Part shown: positions 38,078 to 48,354 of the stretch, piece by piece
How the letters are laid out: every line of letters starts with the position of its first letter
Position numbering within the stretch: the stretch's first letter is position 1
DNA from: Candidatus Aminicenantales bacterium
GTDB taxonomy: Bacteria > Acidobacteriota > Aminicenantia > Aminicenantales > UBA4085
Reading direction: 5' to 3'
DNA: 64,000 nt
NCBI GenBank assembly: GCA_049515535.1
Contig: JBEKTZ010000015.1
Span: 1-64,000, forward strand
The notes under the pieces: model-generated
What the model was told of the DNA's origin: nothing
Database searches by the model: none
The model's input: the letters and a program-made list of their open reading frames with translations, nothing else
Program-made: the position numbers and the translations under genes

Positions 38078-40496
38078 CTGGCTCCTCCTCGGGGCCGCGA
38101 TGATCTGGTCCGAAGGGACCTTCGGCTGGCGGAGTGCCGCCGGCAGCGCGGCGCTGATCGCCGTTGCCGTAGCCTGGCTCTGGAAGTCTGGCGCTCTCTC
38201 AGCGGCGGGCGTTTCGGCCGCGCGGCCCGCGTATGCGCTTCGCGTTCTTTCCGCGGCCGCGCTGCTGGGCCTGGCTGTCTGGATGGGCGGCGCTTACATT
38301 TATCTCTCCGCCCTCGTCGCGCTGGCTCTCGTTCTCGACCGCGGAGCCGCGCCCCAGGTCCGCCGCTTGATGGATGCCGTTCTCGCCGCGGCCTGGTTCA
38401 TCGGCCTCATGACGCTTGTCCGGGCCGTCGTCGGGGCCCGCCTTCATGACCTGCCCGCGGCGACGCCCATTCTTGCCGCCGTCGTGCGCGCCCTCGGCTT
38501 CAACGCCTCGTTCCAGGGATATATCGTTCACGTCCAGCAATCGCATCAGGTTCTCTCCGTCGCAGTCAGCTGGCCGCTTCTCGGCGGATGGGCGATCCTC
38601 GCCCTCGTCGTCGGCCCGATCGTTCTATTCTTTACGGGCTCGATCAAGCCGCGCCTTGGTCAGATTCTCAAATTCGCCGCGGCGCTCGTTGCCGGCGCCC
38701 TGATCCGCCTCGTGCTGATCGTCGTCTTCCTCACGGAAGCGCCTTCCCGGGTGACGGTCCTCTTCCATCCGCTCGTCCAGCTCGCGACGATCCTTCCCAT
38801 TCTTCTTGCGCTTCGCGGCTGGGAGAGGCGGGAGACGGCCCGCTCATTCCGCGCGGCCGCCCTCTTCCGCGTCGGTCTATTTGCCCTTGCCGGGATCGGC
38901 CTTGGGATGGCTCTGTTCTGGATGCCGGCCGGATCGGTCAAAGCCGGCCGCCTGATGATCGACGAGACGCATTCGAACTGGGAACTCTCGACCGAGAAGA
39001 TGGACACCCATTGGTATGGGCGGTACTCGACTTACAGCTTCTGGACGCTGGCCCGCTGGCTCGATCATTTCTACGAAGTGAGGACCCTGACATCCGGCCG
39101 TCTCGACGCGGCCGCTCTCGCCGCCGGCGATGTTCTCATGCTCAAGTGCCCGACCCGCGCCTATGAGCCCGCTGAGGTCGCGGCCGTGCTGGATTTCGTC
39201 CGGGGAGGCGGGGGAGTCCTGATGGTCGGCGACCACACCGACGTCTTTTCCATGAACACCTACCTGAACCAGATCGCCGGGCCCCTCGGCCTGCATTTCA
39301 ATTATGACGCGACCTATGATTTTCTGACCGGCGCGCTTTCGAATTTCCAACCGCCCCGTGGCGGGCGCCATCCGATCGTCCGCGGCGTCGATGAGTTCGA
39401 TTTTATGACCAGCTGCACCCTGTCCCTGGGCCGGAACGCGCGGCCGGTCATCGTCGGGCCGGGGCTCATCGTCGGCCAGGCCGATTACTCGACCCAGAAT
39501 TTTTTCGACCGGCCGAGCCCGTTCATCAAGGCGGGGAGCCTCCCGGGGGCGTTCGTCCAATCGGCCGCCGGCGAATACGGCCGCGGCCGGTTCTTCGCCT
39601 GGACGGACAGCACGTGCTGGTCGAACTTCTCCGTCTTGATGGACGGCAACCCAGCCCTCATCCAGGGCGTGATGGCGTTTCTGAACCATCGCGCCGCTCC
39701 GATCGATGGACGGGTCGCGGGGTTGATCGTGATGACGCTGGCCGCGGTGATCCTGGCGGCTCTACGGAAAAAAGGGGGCCGCCCTATGCGGGATGTCGCG
39801 ACGACCGCGTTCCTGGCCGGCGTTATGGCCACGGCCCTTCTTGCGTCCGTTCTGCACGCGCGGATTTATCGGCCGCCAGCACCGCGGACTGAGATGACCC
39901 GGGTCGCCTTCGACCTGGCCCACGGCGATTTTATCCTCCGGCCCGCTTCGGGAATGTCCGTGGACATCAACCGGAGCGACCGGAAACTTCTCGACCTATC
40001 CACTTTCTATGTCTGGAGTCAGCGCCTCGACCTTTTCCCGAATGAGGCCCTCGGCTGGAGCGAACTCGAACAAGCCTCCATGGTCGTTCTGCCGCTGCCC
40101 GGCCGCAACTTGAGCGAAAAGGACGCCAAGCGGCTTCTCGCCTGGGTGCGCGGCGGAGGCCGGCTCCTTGTCCTGGCCGACGCCCAACACGAATCATCGC
40201 GGGCGCATCTCCTTCTCAACCCGGCCGGACTCGCTGCCATACCCGGGATCGCTTATACGGGCTACGGCACGCCCGTCCTGACGATTCAGGGAGGCGAGGT
40301 TCTCTGGAAAGACGACCGCGGCCGCGTCGTCGCCGCGCGCGCACGGCTGGGAAAGGGGATGATCGTGGCCTGCGGTGTCGCCCGCACCTTCGGCGCGGCG
40401 GTCATAGGCGGGGTGTTCACCGAACCGGATGCCGACCGTGAACGCGTTTACGAATTCGAGTATACTCTCCTCCGTGCCTGCCTCGAACTCAAATGA
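38058..40496 (+). CDS. Paralogous membrane protein with exosortase-like TM region and two GATase-like (DUF4350-like) domains
   Basis: IDETH...DVLMLKCP...FVRGGGGVLMVGDHT...GRGRFFAWTD; FDLAH...GKGMIV; overlaps the upstream ORF by 20 bp. Confidence 0.78.
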   Translation: MEKTNISWLLLGAAMIWSEGTFGWRSAAGSAALIAVAVAWLWKSGALSAAGVSAARPAYALRVLSAAALLGLAVWMGGAYIYLSALVALALVLDRGAAPQVRRLMDAVLAAAWFIGLMTLVRAVVGARLHDLPAATPILAAVVRALGFNASFQGYIVHVQQSHQVLSVAVSWPLLGGWAILALVVGPIVLFFTGSIKPRLGQILKFAAALVAGALIRLVLIVVFLTEAPSRVTVLFHPLVQLATILPILLALRGWERRETARSFRAAALFRVGLFALAGIGLGMALFWMPAGSVKAGRLMIDETHSNWELSTEKMDTHWYGRYSTYSFWTLARWLDHFYEVRTLTSGRLDAAALAAGDVLMLKCPTRAYEPAEVAAVLDFVRGGGGVLMVGDHTDVFSMNTYLNQIAGPLGLHFNYDATYDFLTGALSNFQPPRGGRHPIVRGVDEFDFMTSCTLSLGRNARPVIVGPGLIVGQADYSTQNFFDRPSPFIKAGSLPGAFVQSAAGEYGRGRFFAWTDSTCWSNFSVLMDGNPALIQGVMAFLNHRAAPIDGRVAGLIVMTLAAVILAALRKKGGRPMRDVATTAFLAGVMATALLASVLHARIYRPPAPRTEMTRVAFDLAHGDFILRPASGMSVDINRSDRKLLDLSTFYVWSQRLDLFPNEALGWSELEQASMVVLPLPGRNLSEKDAKRLLAWVRGGGRLLVLADAQHESSRAHLLLNPAGLAAIPGIAYTGYGTPVLTIQGGEVLWKDDRGRVVAARARLGKGMIVACGVARTFGAAVIGGVFTEPDADRERVYEFEYTLLRACLELK

Positions 40497-40517
40497 TCGC
40501 CCGCCTCGCCGGCCATA

Positions 40518-41231
40518 TTATTTCTTTATCCTATATCCCGCTTTCTTTATGCAAGCCCGCGCGGCGATTTGCATCGGCTCAATGAGAGGGACGGAGAGGT
40601 CCGATTCCCGCAGGACGAGCGGGACCTCGGTGCATCCCGCGATGACGGCTTGGGCGCCGCGGCCGATGAGCCGGCGGGCGGCCCGGACAATCATGGTCCG
40701 CGGGCGTCCCGACGCGAATCCCGCTTTGATGCCGCAGTCGCCGAGGATGGCTTCCATGACCGCCTTTTGTTCGCGCTCATCGGGCGTCAGGATCTCGATC
40801 TTTTTTTTCCCGAAGACGTCATGCCAGAGCCGGGATTCCACTGTTCCCGTGGTGGCGATGAGTCCCGCTTTCTTGAGGCCGGGGATGTTGACGGCGGCGT
40901 AGCGCAAGGCCTCATCGAGAAGGTTGACGAACGGCACGTTCGACCGGGTTTCGATTTTCGAAGCCCAGTAATGGGCCGTGATGCAGGGCATGACGATCAG
41001 CTCCGCCCCTCCCTTTTCCAGGATCTTCACGCCTTCGAGGAGCGAGGGGAGCGGGCTGCGGCGGCCGTCGAGGATGGCGTCCGTCCGCGGCGGGATTTTT
41101 GGGTTGTTCCAGACCAAGACTCGAATGTGCTCCTGGTCCGAGAGGGCGTCCGTGTTTTTTATGATCAGGCCGAAAAAATAAGCCGTCGCTTCGGGCCCCA
41201 TCCCCCCGAGGACGCCGATCGTCTTCTTCAT
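40518..41231 (-). CDS. Aspartate/glutamate racemase
   Basis: IGVLGGMGPEAT, IPPRT, PCITAH, GCTEVP. Confidence 0.93.
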   Translation of the reverse strand: MKKTIGVLGGMGPEATAYFFGLIIKNTDALSDQEHIRVLVWNNPKIPPRTDAILDGRRSPLPSLLEGVKILEKGGAELIVMPCITAHYWASKIETRSNVPFVNLLDEALRYAAVNIPGLKKAGLIATTGTVESRLWHDVFGKKKIEILTPDEREQKAVMEAILGDCGIKAGFASGRPRTMIVRAARRLIGRGAQAVIAGCTEVPLVLRESDLSVPLIEPMQIAARACIKKAGYRIKK

Positions 41232-41276
41232 GATTTCCTCTCCGGTAAAAAATAGGGCAATAGGTATCGTGTTTCC

Positions 41277-42416
41277 CTATTTGATGAATTCTTTGATTTT
41301 GTCCAAAGGCAGGGCCGCGACGACGCGGCCGTTCTTCCCCTCCATCCGCTGAGCTTTGAACAGCGAGTTGAGAATAGCCTCCTCCGTCGCTTCGGCCGCG
41401 GCCAGAAAAAGAGTGGACAGGTTATCGTTCCGAAGGACGGTTATCGTCTGCGTCGGCGAAGCCGAACGGTACGGGACTCGGACCTCCTTGGCCGTCGAGA
41501 AAGCGACGGCGTAGTCGCCGCTCCCATTGGCGTTGGTTCCGCCCGTCCGGGCGATCCCGAGAAGAGCGCGCTTGGCGAGTCGCTTCAAGTTGCGGCTGTC
41601 GAGAGGCGCGTCGGTCGCGACGACGATCATGCACGAGCCTTCGACCGGCGGATCGTCGCGCCATCGGGGATCTTCTTCCGGGCTTCCCGGCGTGATTTTC
41701 AATTTATCGCCGAGGGGAATCCCGGCGATCCGGAGGAGGCCTCCGTGGTTGGTCTGGACCAGAACGCCGACGGTATAACCGCCCCGCGCGGCCAGGAGCT
41801 TTCTTGAGGCGGTCCCGATCCCCCCCTTGAAGCCGTAACATTCCGTCCCCGTCCCAGCGCCGACCGCGCCTTCTTCGACAGGGCCGGAACGGGCGGTCCG
41901 GATGGCCGCGAGCACGTGTTCTTTCGTCACGTGCCGGCCGCGGATGTCGTTCAGACCGCCGTCGTTGGTCTCGCCGACGACGGGGTTGACCGAGGCGATG
42001 TTCTCGTTTTCAGGAAGCCCCAGGATGTAGTCGATGACGGCTTCGGCGGCCGTGGGCACGCTCAGCGTGTTGGTCAGAACGATCGGCGTTTCGAGATTGC
42101 CGAGCTCGTCGATCTGGGTCGAGCCCGTGAGTTTTCCGAACCCGTTGGCGACATCGACGGCGGCCGGGACCTTGTCCTGGAAGATGTTGCCTTCGTGAGG
42201 CAGGATCGCGGTGACTCGCGTTCGGACGTCCCGGCCTTCGATGAGCGTCACCTGGCCGACGCCCACACCCGCCACGTCGGTGATGGCGTTAAGCGGTCCC
42301 GGTTCAAGGACGCCGATCTTGATGCCGAACTCCCTGAGGCGCGGCCGGTCTTCCGGCGCGAAACGGACGCCGCCCGCGAGAAAAAAAAGAAGCGCGCAGA
42401 AAGCAAAAGATTTCAT
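41277..42416 (-). CDS. DmpA-type aminopeptidase (peptidase S58/P1 family), exported
   Basis: NAITDV.GV.VG, NGFGK..G, GETNDG.LND, GAGTG, G-S autocleavage site EGSCMIVVATDAPL, GSGD. Confidence 0.92.
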   Translation of the reverse strand: MKSFAFCALLFFLAGGVRFAPEDRPRLREFGIKIGVLEPGPLNAITDVAGVGVGQVTLIEGRDVRTRVTAILPHEGNIFQDKVPAAVDVANGFGKLTGSTQIDELGNLETPIVLTNTLSVPTAAEAVIDYILGLPENENIASVNPVVGETNDGGLNDIRGRHVTKEHVLAAIRTARSGPVEEGAVGAGTGTECYGFKGGIGTASRKLLAARGGYTVGVLVQTNHGGLLRIAGIPLGDKLKITPGSPEEDPRWRDDPPVEGSCMIVVATDAPLDSRNLKRLAKRALLGIARTGGTNANGSGDYAVAFSTAKEVRVPYRSASPTQTITVLRNDNLSTLFLAAAEATEEAILNSLFKAQRMEGKNGRVVAALPLDKIKEFIK

Positions 42417-42497
42417 GGCTTTCCTCGATCTTCGCGACGATGAAGCTTATGATACATTCCCCTCTCTTAAAGGGCAATATTTTCGTCCGCCCGTCTT

Positions 42498-42680
42498 TTG
42501 ACGAGCGGTTCCCTGTGGCTTGCCACGGGGAACCGCTCGTAGAGGGATCCAAGGGGGAGCCGCCCCCTTGGTCGCAGGGAGGGGTTTCATGCCCCCCCGA
42601 GAAGGGGAGGCAGGGCGACCGGGTCTTCCCGGTGCCCGTTGGAAGGGGGAAACGCGAAGCGGGTTCCCCCTCCAAGTTGA
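42498..42680 (+). repeat. Structured intergenic repeat, copy 3
   Basis: Same core as copies 1 and 2; hairpin 3 replaced. Confidence 0.92.
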
Positions 42681-42713
42681 ATCTGGGGCCGTTCGGTATA
42701 ATATAGGATATCC

Positions 42714-43424
42714 ATGAACGCTCCGGCCGCTCCTTCATTTTTGACTGTCCCCCGCTTGTCCCGGATTCCCTGGCTCGTCCACGGCTTCGGCACGCGCCTT
42801 TGGGCGCTCGAAGATTTCGGGAAGCGCGCGCCGTGGAAGGATTTCAAGGTCGTCAGGCTCAAACAGACCCATTCGGACGACGTCCATTTCATCGACGATC
42901 AGCCGCGCCGGCGGCTTCTTGGCGACGCGCTGGCGACTGGCGAGCCGGAGATCCTGCTGGTCGTCAAAACGGCGGACTGCCTGCCCGTTTTTCTGGTCGA
43001 TGAAGGAGCGCGCGTCGTCGCCGCCGTCCACGCCGGATGGCGCGGGACGCGCCGGCGCATCCTGGAGCGCGCCGTCCAGGGGCTTTGGGATCGGCGCGGC
43101 TCCTCGCCTCAATCTCTCCTCGCCGCGCTCGGGCCGTGCATCGGCGCATCTTGCTACGAGGTCGGCGAGGACGTGCGGCGCAGCTACCTGGAGGCGGGCT
43201 TGGACGGAGATCTTTTCCGGCCGATATCGGGGGCCGCGTCCGAGCCCAAATATCTTCTGGATCTGAAAGAGGCCAATCGCCGTCAGCTCATCGGCCGGGG
43301 ACTCCGGCCCGAGAACATCTTCGATGTGGCGCTCTGCACGCACTGCGACAGACGCCTCCTCTCTTTCCGGCGCGACCGCGACAGGACCGCCCGCCTTTAC
43401 AATTTCATCGGCATGACCCGGTGA
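42714..43424 (+). CDS. pgeF: Peptidoglycan editing factor PgeF/YfiH
   Basis: HGFGTR, QTHS, TADCLP, HAGWRG, GPCI...CYEV, CT.C...SFRR. Confidence 0.92.
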   Translation: MNAPAAPSFLTVPRLSRIPWLVHGFGTRLWALEDFGKRAPWKDFKVVRLKQTHSDDVHFIDDQPRRRLLGDALATGEPEILLVVKTADCLPVFLVDEGARVVAAVHAGWRGTRRRILERAVQGLWDRRGSSPQSLLAALGPCIGASCYEVGEDVRRSYLEAGLDGDLFRPISGAASEPKYLLDLKEANRRQLIGRGLRPENIFDVALCTHCDRRLLSFRRDRDRTARLYNFIGMTR

Positions 43425-43597
43425 AGCGCGGAATTCCTTGGACCACGACACTCAATCCAGAGATTGAGTGCAAGTCCCGGAATTCCGCGTCGCATCTTCT
43501 CGGCAATTTCGGGCCGCGGCCTCCATTTGACCCCGTTTCCATATTTCTGTATCATAACCGCTGGACCGACACTCCGCATAATAAAAAATGGTGGACC

Positions 43598-44488
43598 ATG
43601 GATAAAATGTATTCCGATATCGTTCTTCCCGAACTGACTCTTTTCAGGAAAGGCAAGGTCCGGAACGTCTATGAAATCGGCGACCAACTGTTGATCGTCG
43701 CCACGGACCGGATCTCGGCTTTCGACTTCATCCTGCCCTCGCTCATCCCGGACAAAGGCAAGGTCCTGACCCAGCTTTCCAAATTCTGGTTTGATTTCAC
43801 GTCGCTCGTCTGTCCCAATCATCTGATTACGGCCGAGGCCGACAAGTTCCCGCCCATTCTCGATAAATACCGGGACATGCTCGACAAGCGGACGATGTTG
43901 GTCAAGAAGACCAAGGTCGTGCCTTTCGAGTGCGTCGTCCGCGGTTATCTCTCGGGCTCCGGCTGGAAAGAGTACCAATCGACCGGAAAGGTGAGCGGTA
44001 TCAAGCTGCCGGCCGGACTGCGCGAATCGAGCCAGTTGAACGAGCCCATTTTCACGCCTTCGACGAAGGCCGAGGTGGGCCACGACCAGAACATCACCTT
44101 CAAAGAGATGCAGAAAACCTTGGGAAACGCCCTAGCCAGCAAGATCAGAAAAATCAGCCTCGAACTCTACCAGAAAGCGTCTCTCCACGCCCTGTCCAAG
44201 GGCATCATCATCGCCGACACCAAGTTCGAGTTCGGGCAAGAGGGGAGCGGGCTCGTCCTGGTGGACGAAATCTTCACCCCCGATTCCTCGCGGTTTTGGC
44301 CTCTGACGACCTACGAACCCGGCAGGGGGCAGCCGAGCTTCGATAAGCAGATTGTCCGCGACTATCTCGAAAGCACGAAATGGGACAAGATATCGGATCC
44401 GCCGGCCCTGCCGCCCGATATCATCGCCAAGACCTCCCGGAAATATCTGGAAATTTATAAGCTCCTCACCGGCAAGCCCGAGCTGTAA
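43598..44488 (+). CDS. purC: SAICAR synthetase
   Basis: GKVR.VY, TDRISAFD, ECVVRGY, FTPSTKA, DTKFEFG, DE..TPDSSRFW, DKQ.VRD. Confidence 0.96.
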   Translation: MDKMYSDIVLPELTLFRKGKVRNVYEIGDQLLIVATDRISAFDFILPSLIPDKGKVLTQLSKFWFDFTSLVCPNHLITAEADKFPPILDKYRDMLDKRTMLVKKTKVVPFECVVRGYLSGSGWKEYQSTGKVSGIKLPAGLRESSQLNEPIFTPSTKAEVGHDQNITFKEMQKTLGNALASKIRKISLELYQKASLHALSKGIIIADTKFEFGQEGSGLVLVDEIFTPDSSRFWPLTTYEPGRGQPSFDKQIVRDYLESTKWDKISDPPALPPDIIAKTSRKYLEIYKLLTGKPEL

Positions 44489-44497
44489 GCGTTTTTC

Positions 44498-45379
44498 ATG
44501 AGCGGGTTCGTCGACCTCCACATCCATTCGGACCGTTCGAGCGACGGTGAGTATTCGCCGGCCGAGCTCATCCGCATGGCGAGCGAGAGCGGCTTCGTCG
44601 CCATCTCCATCGCCGACCACGACACGGTCGCGGCCTATCCTGAGGCCGTGAAGGCCGCCGAGGGATCGGGCGTCGAAGTCGTCCCGAGCATGGAAGTCAC
44701 GACCCTGTTCGCCGGCCGCGAATTCCACGTGCTCCTTCCGTTCTTGAACTGGGAAAGCCCGGCCATCCGGCGGCTCGCCGAGCGCGTCTCGGAAGAGCGG
44801 CTGATCGAGGCGCGAGAGCGCGTGGCGAAACTGCGCGTGCTCGGCCTGGACCTCACCTGGGAAGAAGTGGACGCGGCGACGAAATCCACGCCCCCCCTGG
44901 GCGTCACGATTGCCCAGATCTTGCTCGAAAAGCCCGGTTCGAAGAATGACCCCGCACTGAAGACATATTATGAAGGGGAAGCGAAAATGCGGGCTCCCTC
45001 TCGCTTTTACAAGGATTATTTCATGGAAGGGAAACCGGCCTTCGTCACGAAAAGGCATATTCCGCTGCTCGAGGTCCTGGCGATGGCCCCCGAGGCGGGC
45101 GCGGTCCCTGTGCTTGCCCACCCAGGCGCCTATTTCGAGAACGCGACGCGGGACGACATCATTCGGCTCAAAGACCGCGGCCTGGCCGGTCTCGAAGTCT
45201 ATACGTCTTATCATGAGCCCGGACAGACCGCTTTCTTTGCGGAAATCGCCCGGGACCTCGACCTCGTGCCGACGGCGGGATCGGATTTCCATGGCCGCAT
45301 CAAGCCCCATGTCCATTTCGGCTTCGTCAAAGACGGGGGCATCTGGATGGTCGAGGAGCTCCGGAAAAGGAGGCGATGA
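44498..45379 (+). CDS. PHP domain metal-dependent phosphoesterase (TrpH-like)
   Basis: DLHIHS..SDG, ADHDT, LAHP, GSDFHG. Confidence 0.92.
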   Translation: MSGFVDLHIHSDRSSDGEYSPAELIRMASESGFVAISIADHDTVAAYPEAVKAAEGSGVEVVPSMEVTTLFAGREFHVLLPFLNWESPAIRRLAERVSEERLIEARERVAKLRVLGLDLTWEEVDAATKSTPPLGVTIAQILLEKPGSKNDPALKTYYEGEAKMRAPSRFYKDYFMEGKPAFVTKRHIPLLEVLAMAPEAGAVPVLAHPGAYFENATRDDIIRLKDRGLAGLEVYTSYHEPGQTAFFAEIARDLDLVPTAGSDFHGRIKPHVHFGFVKDGGIWMVEELRKRRR

Positions 45380-45380
45380 G

Positions 45381-45932
45381 ATGATTGGATGGGTGGATAT
45401 CATTTTGGTCGTCATCCTGGCCGGCACGATGATCGCGGGGCTGATCAGGGGCCTTGTGAAAGAGGTCATCGGGCTCGCTGCGGTCGTCATCGGTTTCATC
45501 ATCGCCAGCCGCTCCTATAACGATGTCGCCGGATTTTTGCTGAAGGCAATCCATGAGCCCGCGATCGGCAAGTTCCTTGGCTTCCTCATCGTCTTTCTCG
45601 GGGTGCTGATCCTCGGTTGGCTCGCGGCTTGGCTGCTGTCAAAGCTCATGATCGGGCCGCTGAAATTCATCAACCATATCCTGGGCGGAGCGTTCGGCCT
45701 GCTCGAGGGAATCCTCATCTGCGGCGTGCTTGTCTTCGCCTTGCTCGTTTTTCCGATCGATAACAAGGCCCTGGCCGACTCGAGACTGGCGCCGTATTGT
45801 TATGGACTGACAAAGGCTCTGGTCCATCTCGTTCCCCAGGAGCTGAAAAATCAATTCAAGGATGCCTATCGGAAATTCATCGAAGAGCTTAAGAGCATCA
45901 AGGAAGGGACCAAAAATGGACAAGAAAATTGA
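45381..45932 (+). CDS. cvpA: CvpA family membrane protein
   Basis: WVDII...G..RG..KE; N..LG..FG; located near purC. Confidence 0.88.
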   Translation: MIGWVDIILVVILAGTMIAGLIRGLVKEVIGLAAVVIGFIIASRSYNDVAGFLLKAIHEPAIGKFLGFLIVFLGVLILGWLAAWLLSKLMIGPLKFINHILGGAFGLLEGILICGVLVFALLVFPIDNKALADSRLAPYCYGLTKALVHLVPQELKNQFKDAYRKFIEELKSIKEGTKNGQEN

Positions 45933-46158
45933 CCAGCTCAACCTCCACCAGAAATTAGAAATTCTCATCGCCGATATGGTCGAGAAAGAGGTTCGTTTCC
46001 GCGACGCCTTGAAGGAATTTCAAAAAGTCTACATTGAGCTCGCCGCGAAAAAATACAACGGAAACAAGACAAAAATGGCGGATGCGCTTGGCATTCACCG
46101 GAATACCCTTCATAACCGAGCAAAATCTCTGAAAATTAAAAGATTGTCTGGCAGTTAA
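45916..46158 (+). CDS. Small Fis-type HTH protein
   Basis: GNKTKMADALGIHRNTL. Confidence 0.82.
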   Translation: MDKKIDQLNLHQKLEILIADMVEKEVRFRDALKEFQKVYIELAAKKYNGNKTKMADALGIHRNTLHNRAKSLKIKRLSGS

Positions 46159-46192
46159 AGCTCGGATTTGCCAGTTTTACCGTCCTGGGGTC

Positions 46193-46246
46193 TTGACATA
46201 AGCCATTTTTTTGTGTATATTGGCAATCTCTTTAACTGTCTGCTAA
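46193..46246 (+). promoter_or_regulatory. groESL sigma70 promoter with overlapping CIRCE (HrcA operator)
   Basis: TTGACA-N17-TATATT; TTGGCAATC-N9-GTCTGCTAA at 46220-46246. Confidence 0.82.
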
Positions 46247-46265
46247 AATTTTAAAGGAGGTTTTT

Positions 46266-46553
46266 ATGAAGATTTCCCCGTTATACGACCGAGTTCTTCT
46301 GAAAAGAAAAGAAGAACAAGAAGTCCGGAAGAGCGGCATCATTATCCCCGATACCGCCAAGGAAAAACCCCAGGAGGCGGAAGTGATCGCCGTGGGGAAG
46401 GGCCGCCTTACCGAGGACGGAAAAGTGATCGCCCTCGAACTTAAAAAGGGCGACAAAGTTCTGATCGGCAAGTACAGCGGCACGGAAGTGACCATCGACG
46501 GCGAAGAGCTCGTGATTCTTCGCGAAGAAGAAATTCTGGCCAAGATCGGTTGA
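46266..46553 (+). CDS. groES: Co-chaperonin GroES
   Basis: PL.DRV, GIIIPDTAKEKPQ, KYSGTEV. Confidence 0.98.
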   Translation: MKISPLYDRVLLKRKEEQEVRKSGIIIPDTAKEKPQEAEVIAVGKGRLTEDGKVIALELKKGDKVLIGKYSGTEVTIDGEELVILREEEILAKIG

Positions 46554-46561
46554 TCGGCTGA

Positions 46562-48196
<1,635 letters not shown>

Positions 48197-48221
48197 TCCC
48201 CGCCACAACAACGAAGGCACC

Positions 48222-48254
48222 AAGGGGGCGGCCGAAAGCCGCCCCCTTTTTTTT
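48222..48254 (+). terminator. Intrinsic terminator after groEL
   Basis: gggggcggc-cgaaa-gccgccccc followed by T8. Confidence 0.9.
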
Positions 48255-48261
48255 CGTCCAT

Positions 48262-48307
48262 AATCCCCCCTTCCCCCTCCTTTAGAAAAGGGGGGTGAGG
48301 GCGGATT
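48262..48307. repeat. REP-like imperfect palindrome
   Basis: aatcccccc...ccctccttt-aga-aaagggggg...ggatt. Confidence 0.45.
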
Positions 48308-48354
48308 TGATGAAGTCTTGTGTCCCCTCCGGATTGTCTATAAAATGGGGGCGC

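Noticed and set aside
40518..42416. Racemase and DmpA peptidase as tailoring enzymes of the Cys-rich operon
   Set aside because: Opposite strand, outside the repeat-bounded block, and common housekeeping-type families
43037..43597. Long N-terminal extension of PurC
   Set aside because: Overlaps pgeF in another frame; PurC homology begins near 43598
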